NCBI GenBank assembly: GCA_028283955.1
Contig: JANQSP010000084.1
Coordinates: 16,065-80,064 of the forward strand
DNA from: Bdellovibrionales bacterium
GTDB taxonomy: Bacteria; Bdellovibrionota; Bdellovibrionia; Bdellovibrionales; UBA1609
Length of the DNA stretch: 64,000 bases
Reading direction: 5' to 3'
Shown: positions 1 to 8,913 of the stretch, piece after piece
How positions within the stretch are numbered: position 1 is the first letter of the stretch
Layout of the letters: each line of letters starts with the position of its first letter
The notes under the pieces: model-generated
What the model was told of the DNA's origin: nothing
The model's input: only the letters and a program-made list of their open reading frames with translations
Database searches by the model: none
Made by a program: the position numbers and the translations under genes

Positions 1-595
1 AAAGCAGGACGGAAAAATTTTGGACTGCGCCACCGGAACAGGCGTTTTAGCTTTTGAATTTCATAAGCAACTGGGGGCCAAATCACATATTACAGCTGTA
101 GATTTTTGTGAAGAAATGCTTGAACAAGCGAGAAAAATAAATAGGGAAGCTTCTTCTACAAAAAACATCCATTTTCAGCTGGCCGATATCCACCAGCTCC
201 CTTTTCAGGACAAAACATTTGATGTGTGTTCCATTGGATACGGTTTGAGGAACACAAAAGACCCTATAAAAGCCTTAAAAGAAATGGCCCGTGTTACAAA
301 ACCAGGCGGAACAGTAATGATCCTGGAGACAGGTGATAAGCCTATGTTTTTACTCTCTCCCTTTTTCTATTTATACTTTCGTTATATCATGCCCCGTATT
401 GGCTCATGGATAACCGGACAAAAATCCGCCTACGAATATCTACAAAAATCATCCAGGGATTTTCCCTCGAGGCGACTTCTATTAAAACTAATGAAAGAAA
501 CAAACTGTTTTAGCAAATGTGAGTATAAAACTCTTTTTTTTGGCGCCAGTTTTATTTACAAGGCTCAGGTCTCACATCCAAAAAACAACTCTTAA
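1..595 (+). CDS. ubiE: Demethylmenaquinone/ubiquinone C-methyltransferase (UbiE/MenG family), 5' end cut by window edge
   Basis: Frame is open to the window start. SAM-MTase motif I 'LDCATGTG', 'GYGLRN', 'MARVTKPGG', and C-terminal 'YEYLQKSSRDFP', all typical of UbiE/MenG. Confidence 0.8.
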   Translation, partial: KQDGKILDCATGTGVLAFEFHKQLGAKSHITAVDFCEEMLEQARKINREASSTKNIHFQLADIHQLPFQDKTFDVCSIGYGLRNTKDPIKALKEMARVTKPGGTVMILETGDKPMFLLSPFFYLYFRYIMPRIGSWITGQKSAYEYLQKSSRDFPSRRLLLKLMKETNCFSKCEYKTLFFGASFIYKAQVSHPKNNS

Positions 596-631
596 AACAT
601 ACTGGCACAGTTTTTGCTAATATACTGAACC

Positions 632-1597
632 ATGCGATCATGGCTGGAATACCTTTCTTTTTTATCCTGGCAAAATCAGATTCTACGCCTGGAGGATTTT
701 AAAAGAGTGTTTCATAATCAGGAAAAAATCCACTCCACCAGTCAAATTACCACCTATATATCTCACCCGGAAACAAAACATTATTTACAGATTCAAAAGA
801 ATTGGTGGAAAGAGGCGGAACAAACCAAAAAAGAGTGTCTTTCACTAGGTATAAAAACAACCTACCCTTTTCATCCTGACTATCCCAAGGCTCTTTTTAA
901 AATGGAAAATCCCCCGCCTATAATCAGTTGGAGGGGAGAGCCTTGTTGGAAAGATCATTTTCTTTTTTCTGTAGTAGGCAGCCGCAAACCATATCAAGAC
1001 ACCCTCATTTGGATGGATATGCACTTAAGCTCTTTTTTAAAAAGCAAAAATAAAATCAGCGTTATGAGTGGAGGAGCCAGAGGAGTGGATCAAAAAGCAC
1101 ATGCCTTGTGTTTGGCTTCTCAAAAACCTACATTGTGTTTTTTACCATGTGGAATAAAAAATTACTATCCCGCTGATTTGAGAAAATGGGAAACTTCAAT
1201 TATAGAAGGAGGGGGAGCGTTTATAAGTGTTTTTCCCATGTCAGCTCACATGAGAAAAGCTTATTTTCACACCAGAAATAAAGTTCTGGCTTTTTTGTCA
1301 CAAATGGTATTCATAGCCCAGGCTCAATCCAGAAGTGGTACAATGGTTACAGCCCGCTATGCTCTCCATGCAGGAACCAATATAGTTGTTTTACCGGGCA
1401 GTCCATTATATTCAGGATACAGAGGCAATCTCAGTTTAATTAATGATGGCTGTTTTATGATCCGGGATTATCTGGATTTAGAAACTCTTTACCACTCTTG
1501 CAAACTAAATAGTATGAAAGAGGACATACTGGAATTTAGGACAGACGATCCTGGCGGGACCATAAAACATGGTCAGCTATCACCAACCAAGCCATAG
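632..1597 (+). CDS. dprA: DNA-processing protein DprA (Smf)
   Basis: Rossmann-like core 'FSVVGSRKPY...VMSGGARGVDQKAHALCL' and 'SRSGTMVTARYALHAGTNIVVLPG' match the DprA signature. The 3' end overlaps convergent aroC by 62 nt. Confidence 0.75.
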   Translation: MRSWLEYLSFLSWQNQILRLEDFKRVFHNQEKIHSTSQITTYISHPETKHYLQIQKNWWKEAEQTKKECLSLGIKTTYPFHPDYPKALFKMENPPPIISWRGEPCWKDHFLFSVVGSRKPYQDTLIWMDMHLSSFLKSKNKISVMSGGARGVDQKAHALCLASQKPTLCFLPCGIKNYYPADLRKWETSIIEGGGAFISVFPMSAHMRKAYFHTRNKVLAFLSQMVFIAQAQSRSGTMVTARYALHAGTNIVVLPGSPLYSGYRGNLSLINDGCFMIRDYLDLETLYHSCKLNSMKEDILEFRTDDPGGTIKHGQLSPTKP

Positions 1598-2576
1598 ACT
1601 CCGCTACTACCGCTGCACGGGGAACAATACAAGGATCATGCCGACCCTGTTTTGCGACATCTAAAACAGAAGCAGGTGGTTTAAATTTCAAGTGAAAAAT
1701 AATTTTTTCTCCTGTAGAAATCCCCCCCCGAATACCACCATAAACTGAATGATCCTGTTTTCCATGCAATCGACTCCCCTCTTCCAGATTAATATTCCGA
1801 TGGATAGACTTGACCTTATCCCCTTCTACAGAAGAACTGAAATATTGATCACCAAGAGATACTTCATAACAAGCACCGATACTCATAAAAGCGGAAGCCA
1901 GATCCGACTTTAACTTATGAAAAACAGGTTGACCAAGACCAACAGGAGGCTTGTCCACCTCCACCCTTATTGTCCCTCCATAACTCAAACCTCTTGCTTT
2001 TTTCTGAACCAAAAACTCCTCCACCTCTTTACTTTGTTCCCCAAACCACTGTCTTTCAGAAAAAGCAGTAAAATCCTTCCTGATAAAATGACCAACCTGT
2101 ATTGGAAAAGCCCTTATATCTAATTGTCCATATAACTCCTTTAAAAACATCTGTGCTACAGCACCGCCTAAAACACGACCAGCTGTTTCTCTTCCAGAGG
2201 CACGACCTCCCCCACGGGGATCAACGTGATCAAATTTTTCTTTCCATACATCATCAGCATGACCCGGACGGGGATTTTTTTTAATAAGATGATAATCCTC
2301 AGGCCTAAAATCTTTATTTTTTATTAATAAGGCAAGAGGTGTGCCCAGAGTACGACCTTCAAATACTCCACTTAAAAGCTGAGGTATATCCGGCTCCTTC
2401 CTACTTGACATCCAGGGAAATCGCCCGGGCCTGCGACGATCCATTTTCTCCCGGATGAGATCCCATGAAAAGGACACACCGGCCGGACAACCTTCCACCA
2501 CTACTCCCATAGCCGGGCCATGACTTTCCCCAAAAGTAATGATCTGAAAAACAGTTCCAAAAATATTAGCTCCCAT
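1536..2576 (-). CDS. aroC: Chorismate synthase
   Basis: N-terminal 'FGESHGPAMGVVVEGCPAG', 'RRRPGRF', 'RPGHAD', 'GGGRASGRETAGRV', 'GRHDPCIVPRAAVV', all canonical AroC blocks. Confidence 0.95.
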   Translation of the reverse strand: MGANIFGTVFQIITFGESHGPAMGVVVEGCPAGVSFSWDLIREKMDRRRPGRFPWMSSRKEPDIPQLLSGVFEGRTLGTPLALLIKNKDFRPEDYHLIKKNPRPGHADDVWKEKFDHVDPRGGGRASGRETAGRVLGGAVAQMFLKELYGQLDIRAFPIQVGHFIRKDFTAFSERQWFGEQSKEVEEFLVQKKARGLSYGGTIRVEVDKPPVGLGQPVFHKLKSDLASAFMSIGACYEVSLGDQYFSSSVEGDKVKSIHRNINLEEGSRLHGKQDHSVYGGIRGGISTGEKIIFHLKFKPPASVLDVAKQGRHDPCIVPRAAVVAESMAWLVIADHVLWSRQDRLS

Positions 2577-4569
2577 ATACCTGCACTCCGTTTTTCATAC
2601 TCTCCACATCATTATACTGTTTAATTTTTGAAAAAAACTCCTGCTGTTTTTTTGCCTGATATTCAAACATCAGTTTCCCGGACATATAATCAGCTCCCAC
2701 AAGGAGGGCATACTCCAAGCCTGGTGAATCGTCAGTATAATTCAAATCCAGGACCAGCTGAGGTTTCCAGGAGGAAGGAGGGAATACACAAGAAGACATA
2801 CGAGTGCGACCGACAGCCCATATAACGACCCGAATATCCATTTCTAAACCTTTACTATTTTTTATCTGTGATTTCATTCCCCCTGTTCGGGCAGAATAAA
2901 AATTCGCATAGGAAATTTCCTTCTCCAAAACCTTCTTTGTACCTCCCCCTCCCCATACGGCCACAGGAGTTTGATCTTTCTCTAGCTCAAAAGAATGTAA
3001 CCCTGCGTTTGCCAATAATGCTTTCAAACCATATCCATCTGTATTACTTCCATGCCATTTTTGATTATGAAATACCATAGTATTTACAGATTGTACCTCT
3101 TTAGCATAAGAATCCACCGTATCAGAAATTTGAAAGGCTTTTTTCTTTAAAGGAGAGGTAACAGAAGCGAAAACCAAACCAAGTCTTTGTAGAATACATA
3201 AATTATCCTTTGTAAAGTCCTCTTCATTCATAACCATTTTCGTAAACAACATGTTTTGCGATGAAAAAAAATTCCTATGGAAAGACGGACTGGCTGAATG
3301 AGCAACCGGATCTCCCAAAACCGCCGCAAATGAGACCGGACCCTTTTTTTTACTATTGGAAAGTGATAATAAATGCTCATATAAAAAAGGCTGATCAGAC
3401 ACCCCTTCTTGAGATTCCCTGATAAAATGCATTTTCATCTGAGGGCCAAAAATTTGTCGGTACCATCTCCATAAGCCCGCCCCCGCCCTTCCCTGTCCTG
3501 ACATAGGGAGAAAAGAACGATGCTCAGGGTCTTCCAAGAACCACATATGTCCCTGCATCAATTCTTCAAAATTATTTATTGGCACAGCCATTTTAAAATG
3601 ACCGGCTTTACATTCAAGGATACTTTTACAAAGCTGATCAAATGTCTCCTCTTTTCTTTCGTGCAGGGACACAATAGGAGAAAAAGAGGGAGGAGGTCCT
3701 TTCTCAAGAGGCCAATCCCACATCAAAGATGAAAGATCTTTTTCCATAAAAAAAGAATCCTGGGGTTTTCGAAAACTGAGCAATCGTTTTTCCCTTGGAA
3801 TTATTTCCAATAGAAAGTTCAGTTCCCGATCACTTAATTGATCATCACGCATTTCAAAAAACCGAATACCCCAGGAAAGCCTCTTATTTATAAAGTTCTC
3901 CCAATGTTCAAAACGAGAGGGCAAATTATATTTATTTAAAGTAATGATAGCATTTAAACACTTATCCTTTTTCAGGCTAAATAAATATTTTTCCGGTTCA
4001 GTAAAATCGAAATCCTGTTCCGGTAACACAAAACTTTCATTTCTTATCTTTTTATAAAAACCCTCCCTTTCAACAGATAAAGACATATATTCCTCATAAG
4101 GACTTTCATTGGGTTTTAATCGTGGACGATCCAGAAACACCCGACCTTTAAGATCCGTCTCACGAATCAAATGAATAATATGACAGCAGGAAGGTATTTC
4201 TTCTCCAGCTGGCCACTTAAATCCAGCTCCTACAGATATAAATACCAAATCATCTGTTCTTTTATATTTATTAAATAATGTAATAAAAACATCTTTTTCC
4301 ACTAAACGAAAATAATTTTCCCTTTTCTCTTGTTCCTGTATACGACTTACATCTTCCTGCTTATGAGAAAACCTGTCATCTGTATTTTTACCGGAAAGAA
4401 GTTCATCTATTTTTTTTCCTGTCTTTTTTTCTATTTTCTCATCCAAATCTATAAAACAGACCTTTTTGTTTTTGAAATCCAAAGAAGGTATATCTTCAAA
4501 AATTCTTTTTATTTTTTTCAACCAGAGTGTTTTTCCTACCCCCCGATGACCTACAATCAAATAAATCAT
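2566..4569 (-). CDS. Fused shikimate kinase / type I 3-dehydroquinate dehydratase-like / shikimate 5-dehydrogenase (667 aa)
   Basis: N-terminus: P-loop 'GHRGVGKT', 'FIDLDEKIEKKTGKKIDELL', 'YFRLVEKDV', 'ISVGAG', 'DRPRL' (AroK pattern). Middle: 'FFEMRDDQL', 'FKMAVP', 'LPMSGQGRAG' (type I DHQase-like). C-terminus: 'GDPVAHSASPSFHRNFF', 'SVTSPLKK', 'VNTMVF', 'GSNTDGYGL' (AroE pattern). One uninterrupted ORF. Confidence 0.8.
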   Translation of the reverse strand: MIYLIVGHRGVGKTLWLKKIKRIFEDIPSLDFKNKKVCFIDLDEKIEKKTGKKIDELLSGKNTDDRFSHKQEDVSRIQEQEKRENYFRLVEKDVFITLFNKYKRTDDLVFISVGAGFKWPAGEEIPSCCHIIHLIRETDLKGRVFLDRPRLKPNESPYEEYMSLSVEREGFYKKIRNESFVLPEQDFDFTEPEKYLFSLKKDKCLNAIITLNKYNLPSRFEHWENFINKRLSWGIRFFEMRDDQLSDRELNFLLEIIPREKRLLSFRKPQDSFFMEKDLSSLMWDWPLEKGPPPSFSPIVSLHERKEETFDQLCKSILECKAGHFKMAVPINNFEELMQGHMWFLEDPEHRSFLPMSGQGRAGAGLWRWYRQIFGPQMKMHFIRESQEGVSDQPFLYEHLLSLSNSKKKGPVSFAAVLGDPVAHSASPSFHRNFFSSQNMLFTKMVMNEEDFTKDNLCILQRLGLVFASVTSPLKKKAFQISDTVDSYAKEVQSVNTMVFHNQKWHGSNTDGYGLKALLANAGLHSFELEKDQTPVAVWGGGGTKKVLEKEISYANFYSARTGGMKSQIKNSKGLEMDIRVVIWAVGRTRMSSCVFPPSSWKPQLVLDLNYTDDSPGLEYALLVGADYMSGKLMFEYQAKKQQEFFSKIKQYNDVESMKNGVQVYGS

Positions 4570-4580
4570 AATTAAGTCCT

Positions 4581-5762
4581 TTATGGATTAACATTAACGA
4601 TAGACCAAAAATCCGGAAAACTTTTATTTACCACTCCCGGATTCAAAAGTTGAATCGGTTCACCTGCTTTCTTTAAAACCGCCACGGCCATAGCCATACG
4701 ATGATCTTCCTTTGGGTCAAAGCCTATTATAGGCTTGCTTTTATCCCCTGGAGAGACAGGCTGTCCTCTTATTACCAAACCATCATCCAAAACGGTCACT
4801 GTACGCCCTGTATATTGAAGAAGCTTCGCCATCTGTTCAACACGATCAGACTCCTTATAATGTAAGTGAGGCGCTCCATACAAGCGGCTGGTCCCTTTAG
4901 CTAAAGCACACAGAGCAGCCAGAACAGGAAATAAATCCGGACAGTTTTTTAAATTACATTCTATCGGATGTAAATCCCCTGCTCCATTAATTTTTAAAGT
5001 CTGATTCACCTGCTTTACCTGAAAACCCATTTTCTTTAATAAAGAAGGAAATATAAAGTCCGGCTGAAAACTTTGTTCCGGCCAATCAGTAAATATCACT
5101 TCTCCTTCCGTTGCTGTCAGAGCAGCAAGAGAAAATAAACAACTCATATCCGCTTCAGGCTTATATATAAAATGATTTATCCTCTGATTGGCCGGGATAT
5201 GATATTCCCTGTTATCACCTGTAATCCGCATACCCAAAGAACGTAAAAATGAAAGCGTCATTTGCAGATAGGAAGAGGACACCATGTTTCCCTCTACACT
5301 AATAAATAAGTCACGGTCTAATTTCCAGCTATTCAATAAAACCGAGGACACAAACTGACTTGATCGACTCATAGAAACAGTAAGAGCATCCCCGGACAAG
5401 TGCCAGCCATGAGCTTTTAAAATTAAATTATTTTTATTAAATTTTATTTCACAGGCTAACTGATTCAAGATCATTTGCAGCTCTCGCATAGGTCTTTGAA
5501 ATAAGCGTTCAGAACCTTTCAAAGTAAAGCTGCCAATTTCACGGGAAGCTCTTAAAGTCAAAAAACGCAAAACCGCACCACCATGTGAACAATCCATTAC
5601 AGTTTGATTTTTTAAGTCCTTTAAGCCCTCTTTCAGAAAAACCACATCATCACACTCACTATCCCCTGTAATTTGTAATTCAGGGAAATAACTTTGCACA
5701 ATCAAAGCTCGTAAAAGAAGGGATTTTGAAAAAGGTCCTCTTCCTAAAAAATAAAAAGACAT
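4581..5762 (-). CDS. aroA: 3-phosphoshikimate 1-carboxyvinyltransferase (EPSP synthase)
   Basis: 'GPFSKSLLLRALI' (GSKS-type N-terminal block), 'GGAVLRFL', 'LFQRPMRELQMILNQL', 'CPDLFPVLAALCALAKG', 'KESDRV', 'DHRMAMAVAVL'. Sits in the shikimate cluster. Confidence 0.85.
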   Translation of the reverse strand: MSFYFLGRGPFSKSLLLRALIVQSYFPELQITGDSECDDVVFLKEGLKDLKNQTVMDCSHGGAVLRFLTLRASREIGSFTLKGSERLFQRPMRELQMILNQLACEIKFNKNNLILKAHGWHLSGDALTVSMSRSSQFVSSVLLNSWKLDRDLFISVEGNMVSSSYLQMTLSFLRSLGMRITGDNREYHIPANQRINHFIYKPEADMSCLFSLAALTATEGEVIFTDWPEQSFQPDFIFPSLLKKMGFQVKQVNQTLKINGAGDLHPIECNLKNCPDLFPVLAALCALAKGTSRLYGAPHLHYKESDRVEQMAKLLQYTGRTVTVLDDGLVIRGQPVSPGDKSKPIIGFDPKEDHRMAMAVAVLKKAGEPIQLLNPGVVNKSFPDFWSIVNVNP

Positions 5763-5805
5763 ATGCTTATATTACTGAAAAAAACTCTACTTAGCGACCA
5801 CTATT

Positions 5806-6474
5806 TTAACGAATAAAAAAGTTTATATAACCTACAGCTTGAAGCTGATCTTCACGTAAAACAGCTAACTGTGAAAGTGCAAGCTTACCTGTCTGGCTGT
5901 GTGAAAATAATTCAAGTTGTTCCGGTAAAAAATGTCGAATATTTTCACCAAAGGCCTGCATTTGCTCCGGGGAAAAATGCACAACCATCTTTCCAAATGC
6001 TACAATTTGTTCGGAACTAAAAGCTTCAATCTGTTTCGGAGTTAACTTTTTTATATCATGTTCTGACCACTGCCTGATTTGCTCCGGAGATATAAAAGTT
6101 ATGCCATAAGGAGAAATATCTCTCATACCAATTCGAATGAGTAAAGAAAAAGCGGATGGGTGTTCATCTTTAAACTGCTCTCTTTTAGAAAGAATATTAT
6201 TAATATACAAAGAAGTAACAGATCGTATTTGCGCCAGCAATAAATGCTCCAAAGGCAATGACAAGACCTGTTCAAAGCTTAAATGCCCTATTTGTTCCCC
6301 ATTCAATTTACGTACTTCCCCTGCTGGAAGTTTTGCAATTTCAGACGGAGAAAGATTACGAAGATCCGCAATAGAAAGTTTTTCAACTTCTATAAATGAT
6401 CTTTCACAGGAGAAAGCTCTATAAGTCTGAGAAAAACACAATACTAAAAATAAAATTAAAACAGTTTTTATCAT
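5806..6474 (-). CDS. Secreted protein made of 8-residue (L/F)-(S/T)-P-E-Q-(I/L/M)-x-(A/L) repeats, function unknown
   Basis: Signal peptide 'MIKTVLILFLVLCFSQTYRAFS', then conserved 'CERSFIEVE'. Serial octads such as 'LSPSEIAK LPAGEVRK LNGEQIGH LSFEQVLS' and 'ISPEQIRQ..LTPKQIEA FSSEQIVA..FSPEQMQA..FLPEQLEL'. Paralog of the next gene. Confidence 0.7.
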   Translation of the reverse strand: MIKTVLILFLVLCFSQTYRAFSCERSFIEVEKLSIADLRNLSPSEIAKLPAGEVRKLNGEQIGHLSFEQVLSLPLEHLLLAQIRSVTSLYINNILSKREQFKDEHPSAFSLLIRIGMRDISPYGITFISPEQIRQWSEHDIKKLTPKQIEAFSSEQIVAFGKMVVHFSPEQMQAFGENIRHFLPEQLELFSHSQTGKLALSQLAVLREDQLQAVGYINFFIR

Positions 6475-6538
6475 AAATAAAATATATTTTATTTAATTAA
6501 ACAGTCAAAAAATACCACAATTATCCAATCATTTAAAT

Positions 6539-7459
6539 CTATTTTATTAAAGCTATGTCTGCTTTAAAAGCGGCACGCTGCTCAGAAGTGAGAGCTCCAA
6601 TCTGCTCAGGGGTGAGAGCCGCAAACTGTTCACCATCAAGAGACCTAATTTGAATTATTGTAAAAGCCTGGATTTGTTCCGGAGTAAAAGCTTGTAGTTG
6701 TGGCGGCCTGAGTGCTTTAATCCACCAAGACCCAAGAAGGGGAATTTGCTCCGGAGTAAGATTTAGAGCCTCAATCTGCGACACCTTTAAAGCTTTAATC
6801 TGCAAAGGAAGCATAGATTTAATTTGTTCAAAATTAAGAGAGTGAAGCTGTTCAACAGTAAATTTTGCAAATTGCTCATTAGCAAGAGCTCTAATATGTG
6901 CAACCGGTAAAGATGAAATCTGTTGAGGTGTTAATAAAGACATATTCCGTTCCGACATAACATGTGAAAACTGTTGAGGGTCAATAACCTTAATCTGCTC
7001 CGGTGTCAGAGACGCAAATTGCTCCGGTGTCATTTTCTTCATGTCGGCAACAGAAAAAAGACGTATTAGTGCCGGTGGCAGCAAGTGTATATTCTCCGGT
7101 GAAATTTTTTTAACATGAATCCGCATTAAAACAGAAGAAGACAAAAGATGATTAACCGGCAATGACCGATTAATAATAATTGCATTAACCTGTAAAGCAG
7201 TCAAAAACGATGCTTGTGATAAGGAGAAATATTCGATAGGGAATACAACAATTTGTTCACCAGTCAATGCCTGAATTTGCTCTTCTGTAAATCTACGTGT
7301 TAATTCAAGAGAAAGATGCTGAAATTCCCGTGGAGGAATTTCAGCAATCTCTACAACCGTCATCTCTTCAATGTTTATAAATACTCTTTCACAGGCAAAA
7401 GCCATGTAAGAACAGGAAAAACAAATCACTGTACAAAATATCAACATTGCCCTTTTCAT
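6539..7459 (-). CDS. Secreted octad-repeat protein (paralog of 5806-6474), function unknown
   Basis: Start placed at ATG 7459 (MKRAMLIFCTVICFSCSYMAFA signal peptide); the ORF is open to 7504. Conserved 'CERVFINIE' after the signal peptide. Octads 'MTPEQFAS LTPEQIKV IDPQQFSH', 'LTPQQISS LPVAHIRA LANEQFAK FTVEQLHS LNFEQIKS', 'FTPEQIQA', 'LTPEQIGA LTSEQRAA'. Confidence 0.7.
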   Translation of the reverse strand: MKRAMLIFCTVICFSCSYMAFACERVFINIEEMTVVEIAEIPPREFQHLSLELTRRFTEEQIQALTGEQIVVFPIEYFSLSQASFLTALQVNAIIINRSLPVNHLLSSSVLMRIHVKKISPENIHLLPPALIRLFSVADMKKMTPEQFASLTPEQIKVIDPQQFSHVMSERNMSLLTPQQISSLPVAHIRALANEQFAKFTVEQLHSLNFEQIKSMLPLQIKALKVSQIEALNLTPEQIPLLGSWWIKALRPPQLQAFTPEQIQAFTIIQIRSLDGEQFAALTPEQIGALTSEQRAAFKADIALIK

Positions 7460-7618
7460 AATTGCGATATATATCAGCTCCTGTAACCTGATCAATAAAA
7501 ACATATAAAAGTGTAATAATTACATGCTTTTAATCCCTTTTTTTAGAATCACTTTTTTACAAAATGACCATGAGTACAGAGTAAAAATTTATTTTTTTAG
7601 AATAATGAAGTGCCTTTA

Positions 7619-8725
7619 TTATTTGGAATGTAACAATATTTGTTTTTGCACTTCTGTTAAGATATCAGACACAGAAACTGTTTCTGTAAATACCTTACCC
7701 GGACCTTTAATAAAAATAAAGTCAATATATTCTCCTCTTCCCCTTTTTTTATCATGAAGAAGCAGTTGATTTAATTTATTTTTTGGAATTCTTTTTAAAT
7801 AAGAATACAGTTGCGACTTCTTTGTTTGCAAAATAAACACCTGTCTTAAAAAAGAAGGGGAAAGGGTAAACCGATTATGGCTCCACTGAATAGCAAAGAC
7901 AATACCATACAAAACAGCTTCTCCATGTGGAATATGAAAATAAGATTCCAGTGCATGTCCCAAAGTATGACCAAAATTAAGCAAACGGCGAAGGCCTTTT
8001 TTTTCATAAGGATCTTTTTCGATTATCTTTATCTTGGCGAGGATAGCTTGAGGTAAAATATTCCATAAATCCAAGGCAGAGTTTTTTTTGTCCAGATATT
8101 CTGTAAAAATCTCTTTATAAAAATCTCCCCCTTTGATTAAAGCTATCTTAACCAGTTCCCCTTTTGCAGATTCTCTTTCTTTTTCTGATAAAGTAGATAA
8201 TAGATTCTTCACAGTAAATACAGCTTGAGGAAAACAATATGAGCCAATTACATTTTTTACCTCTCCAACATTTAAAGCTGTCTTCCCGCCGTGGGCGGAA
8301 TCCATAGCAGAAAGCCAGGTACTGGGGATATGAATAAGAGGCACTCCTCTCTTATACACACTAGCTAAAAATCCTGTAAAATCACCTACACTTCCTCCTC
8401 CCAAGCTGATAAATCCAATAATTTTTTTATTCTTTATTATTCTTAAAATATTGTTTATATGCCTGGGCAAAGAATCCAAATTTTTTATTTTTTCCCCACC
8501 GGAAACAAAATACACCAAATAATTTTCTAACCAGGAAATAACTTCTGGATGAGACTGTAATTTCCTGTCACAAATCACTAATGGGGCAGCATCCAACATT
8601 GATACTTTTATATTTCCTCCTCTCTGATACTCTAAAACTCTTAACAACCGACTATGAGAAGGAAAATGATCAGAAAAATAAACTTTCTTTTTTTTTAATT
8701 CCGTTTTAGTCATTTTATTATTCAC
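7619..8725 (-). CDS. aroB: 3-dehydroquinate synthase
   Basis: 'SLGGGSVGDFTGFLASVYKRGVPLIHIPSTWLSAMDSAHGGKTALN' and 'NFGHTLGHALE...HGEAV' are canonical AroB nucleotide- and metal-binding blocks. Confidence 0.9.
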   Translation of the reverse strand: MNNKMTKTELKKKKVYFSDHFPSHSRLLRVLEYQRGGNIKVSMLDAAPLVICDRKLQSHPEVISWLENYLVYFVSGGEKIKNLDSLPRHINNILRIIKNKKIIGFISLGGGSVGDFTGFLASVYKRGVPLIHIPSTWLSAMDSAHGGKTALNVGEVKNVIGSYCFPQAVFTVKNLLSTLSEKERESAKGELVKIALIKGGDFYKEIFTEYLDKKNSALDLWNILPQAILAKIKIIEKDPYEKKGLRRLLNFGHTLGHALESYFHIPHGEAVLYGIVFAIQWSHNRFTLSPSFLRQVFILQTKKSQLYSYLKRIPKNKLNQLLLHDKKRGRGEYIDFIFIKGPGKVFTETVSVSDILTEVQKQILLHSK

Positions 8726-8913
8726 CTTTTAACTATGTCGGTTAGCCTGAACATTATATTACTTTCTTTTCCAAAGCCTTATCTCTTCCGGATATAAGAA
8801 ATTTAACCGCTTCAACTTTAAAAAAGCCAGTAAAATACATATTACCTTCACATCAAAAAGTCCAACCTGATATATCAATTTATAAATTAAATATTGTAAG
8901 TTATCAGCTTCGT

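Noticed and set aside
5806-7504. The 'LTPEQI/V..A' start of each repeat resembles the first residues of TAL-effector repeats (LTPEQVVAIAS...).
   Set aside because: The period here is 8 residues, not 33-35. There is no RVD-loop-like segment, and the proteins carry Sec signal peptides. The resemblance is limited to a short helix-capping motif.
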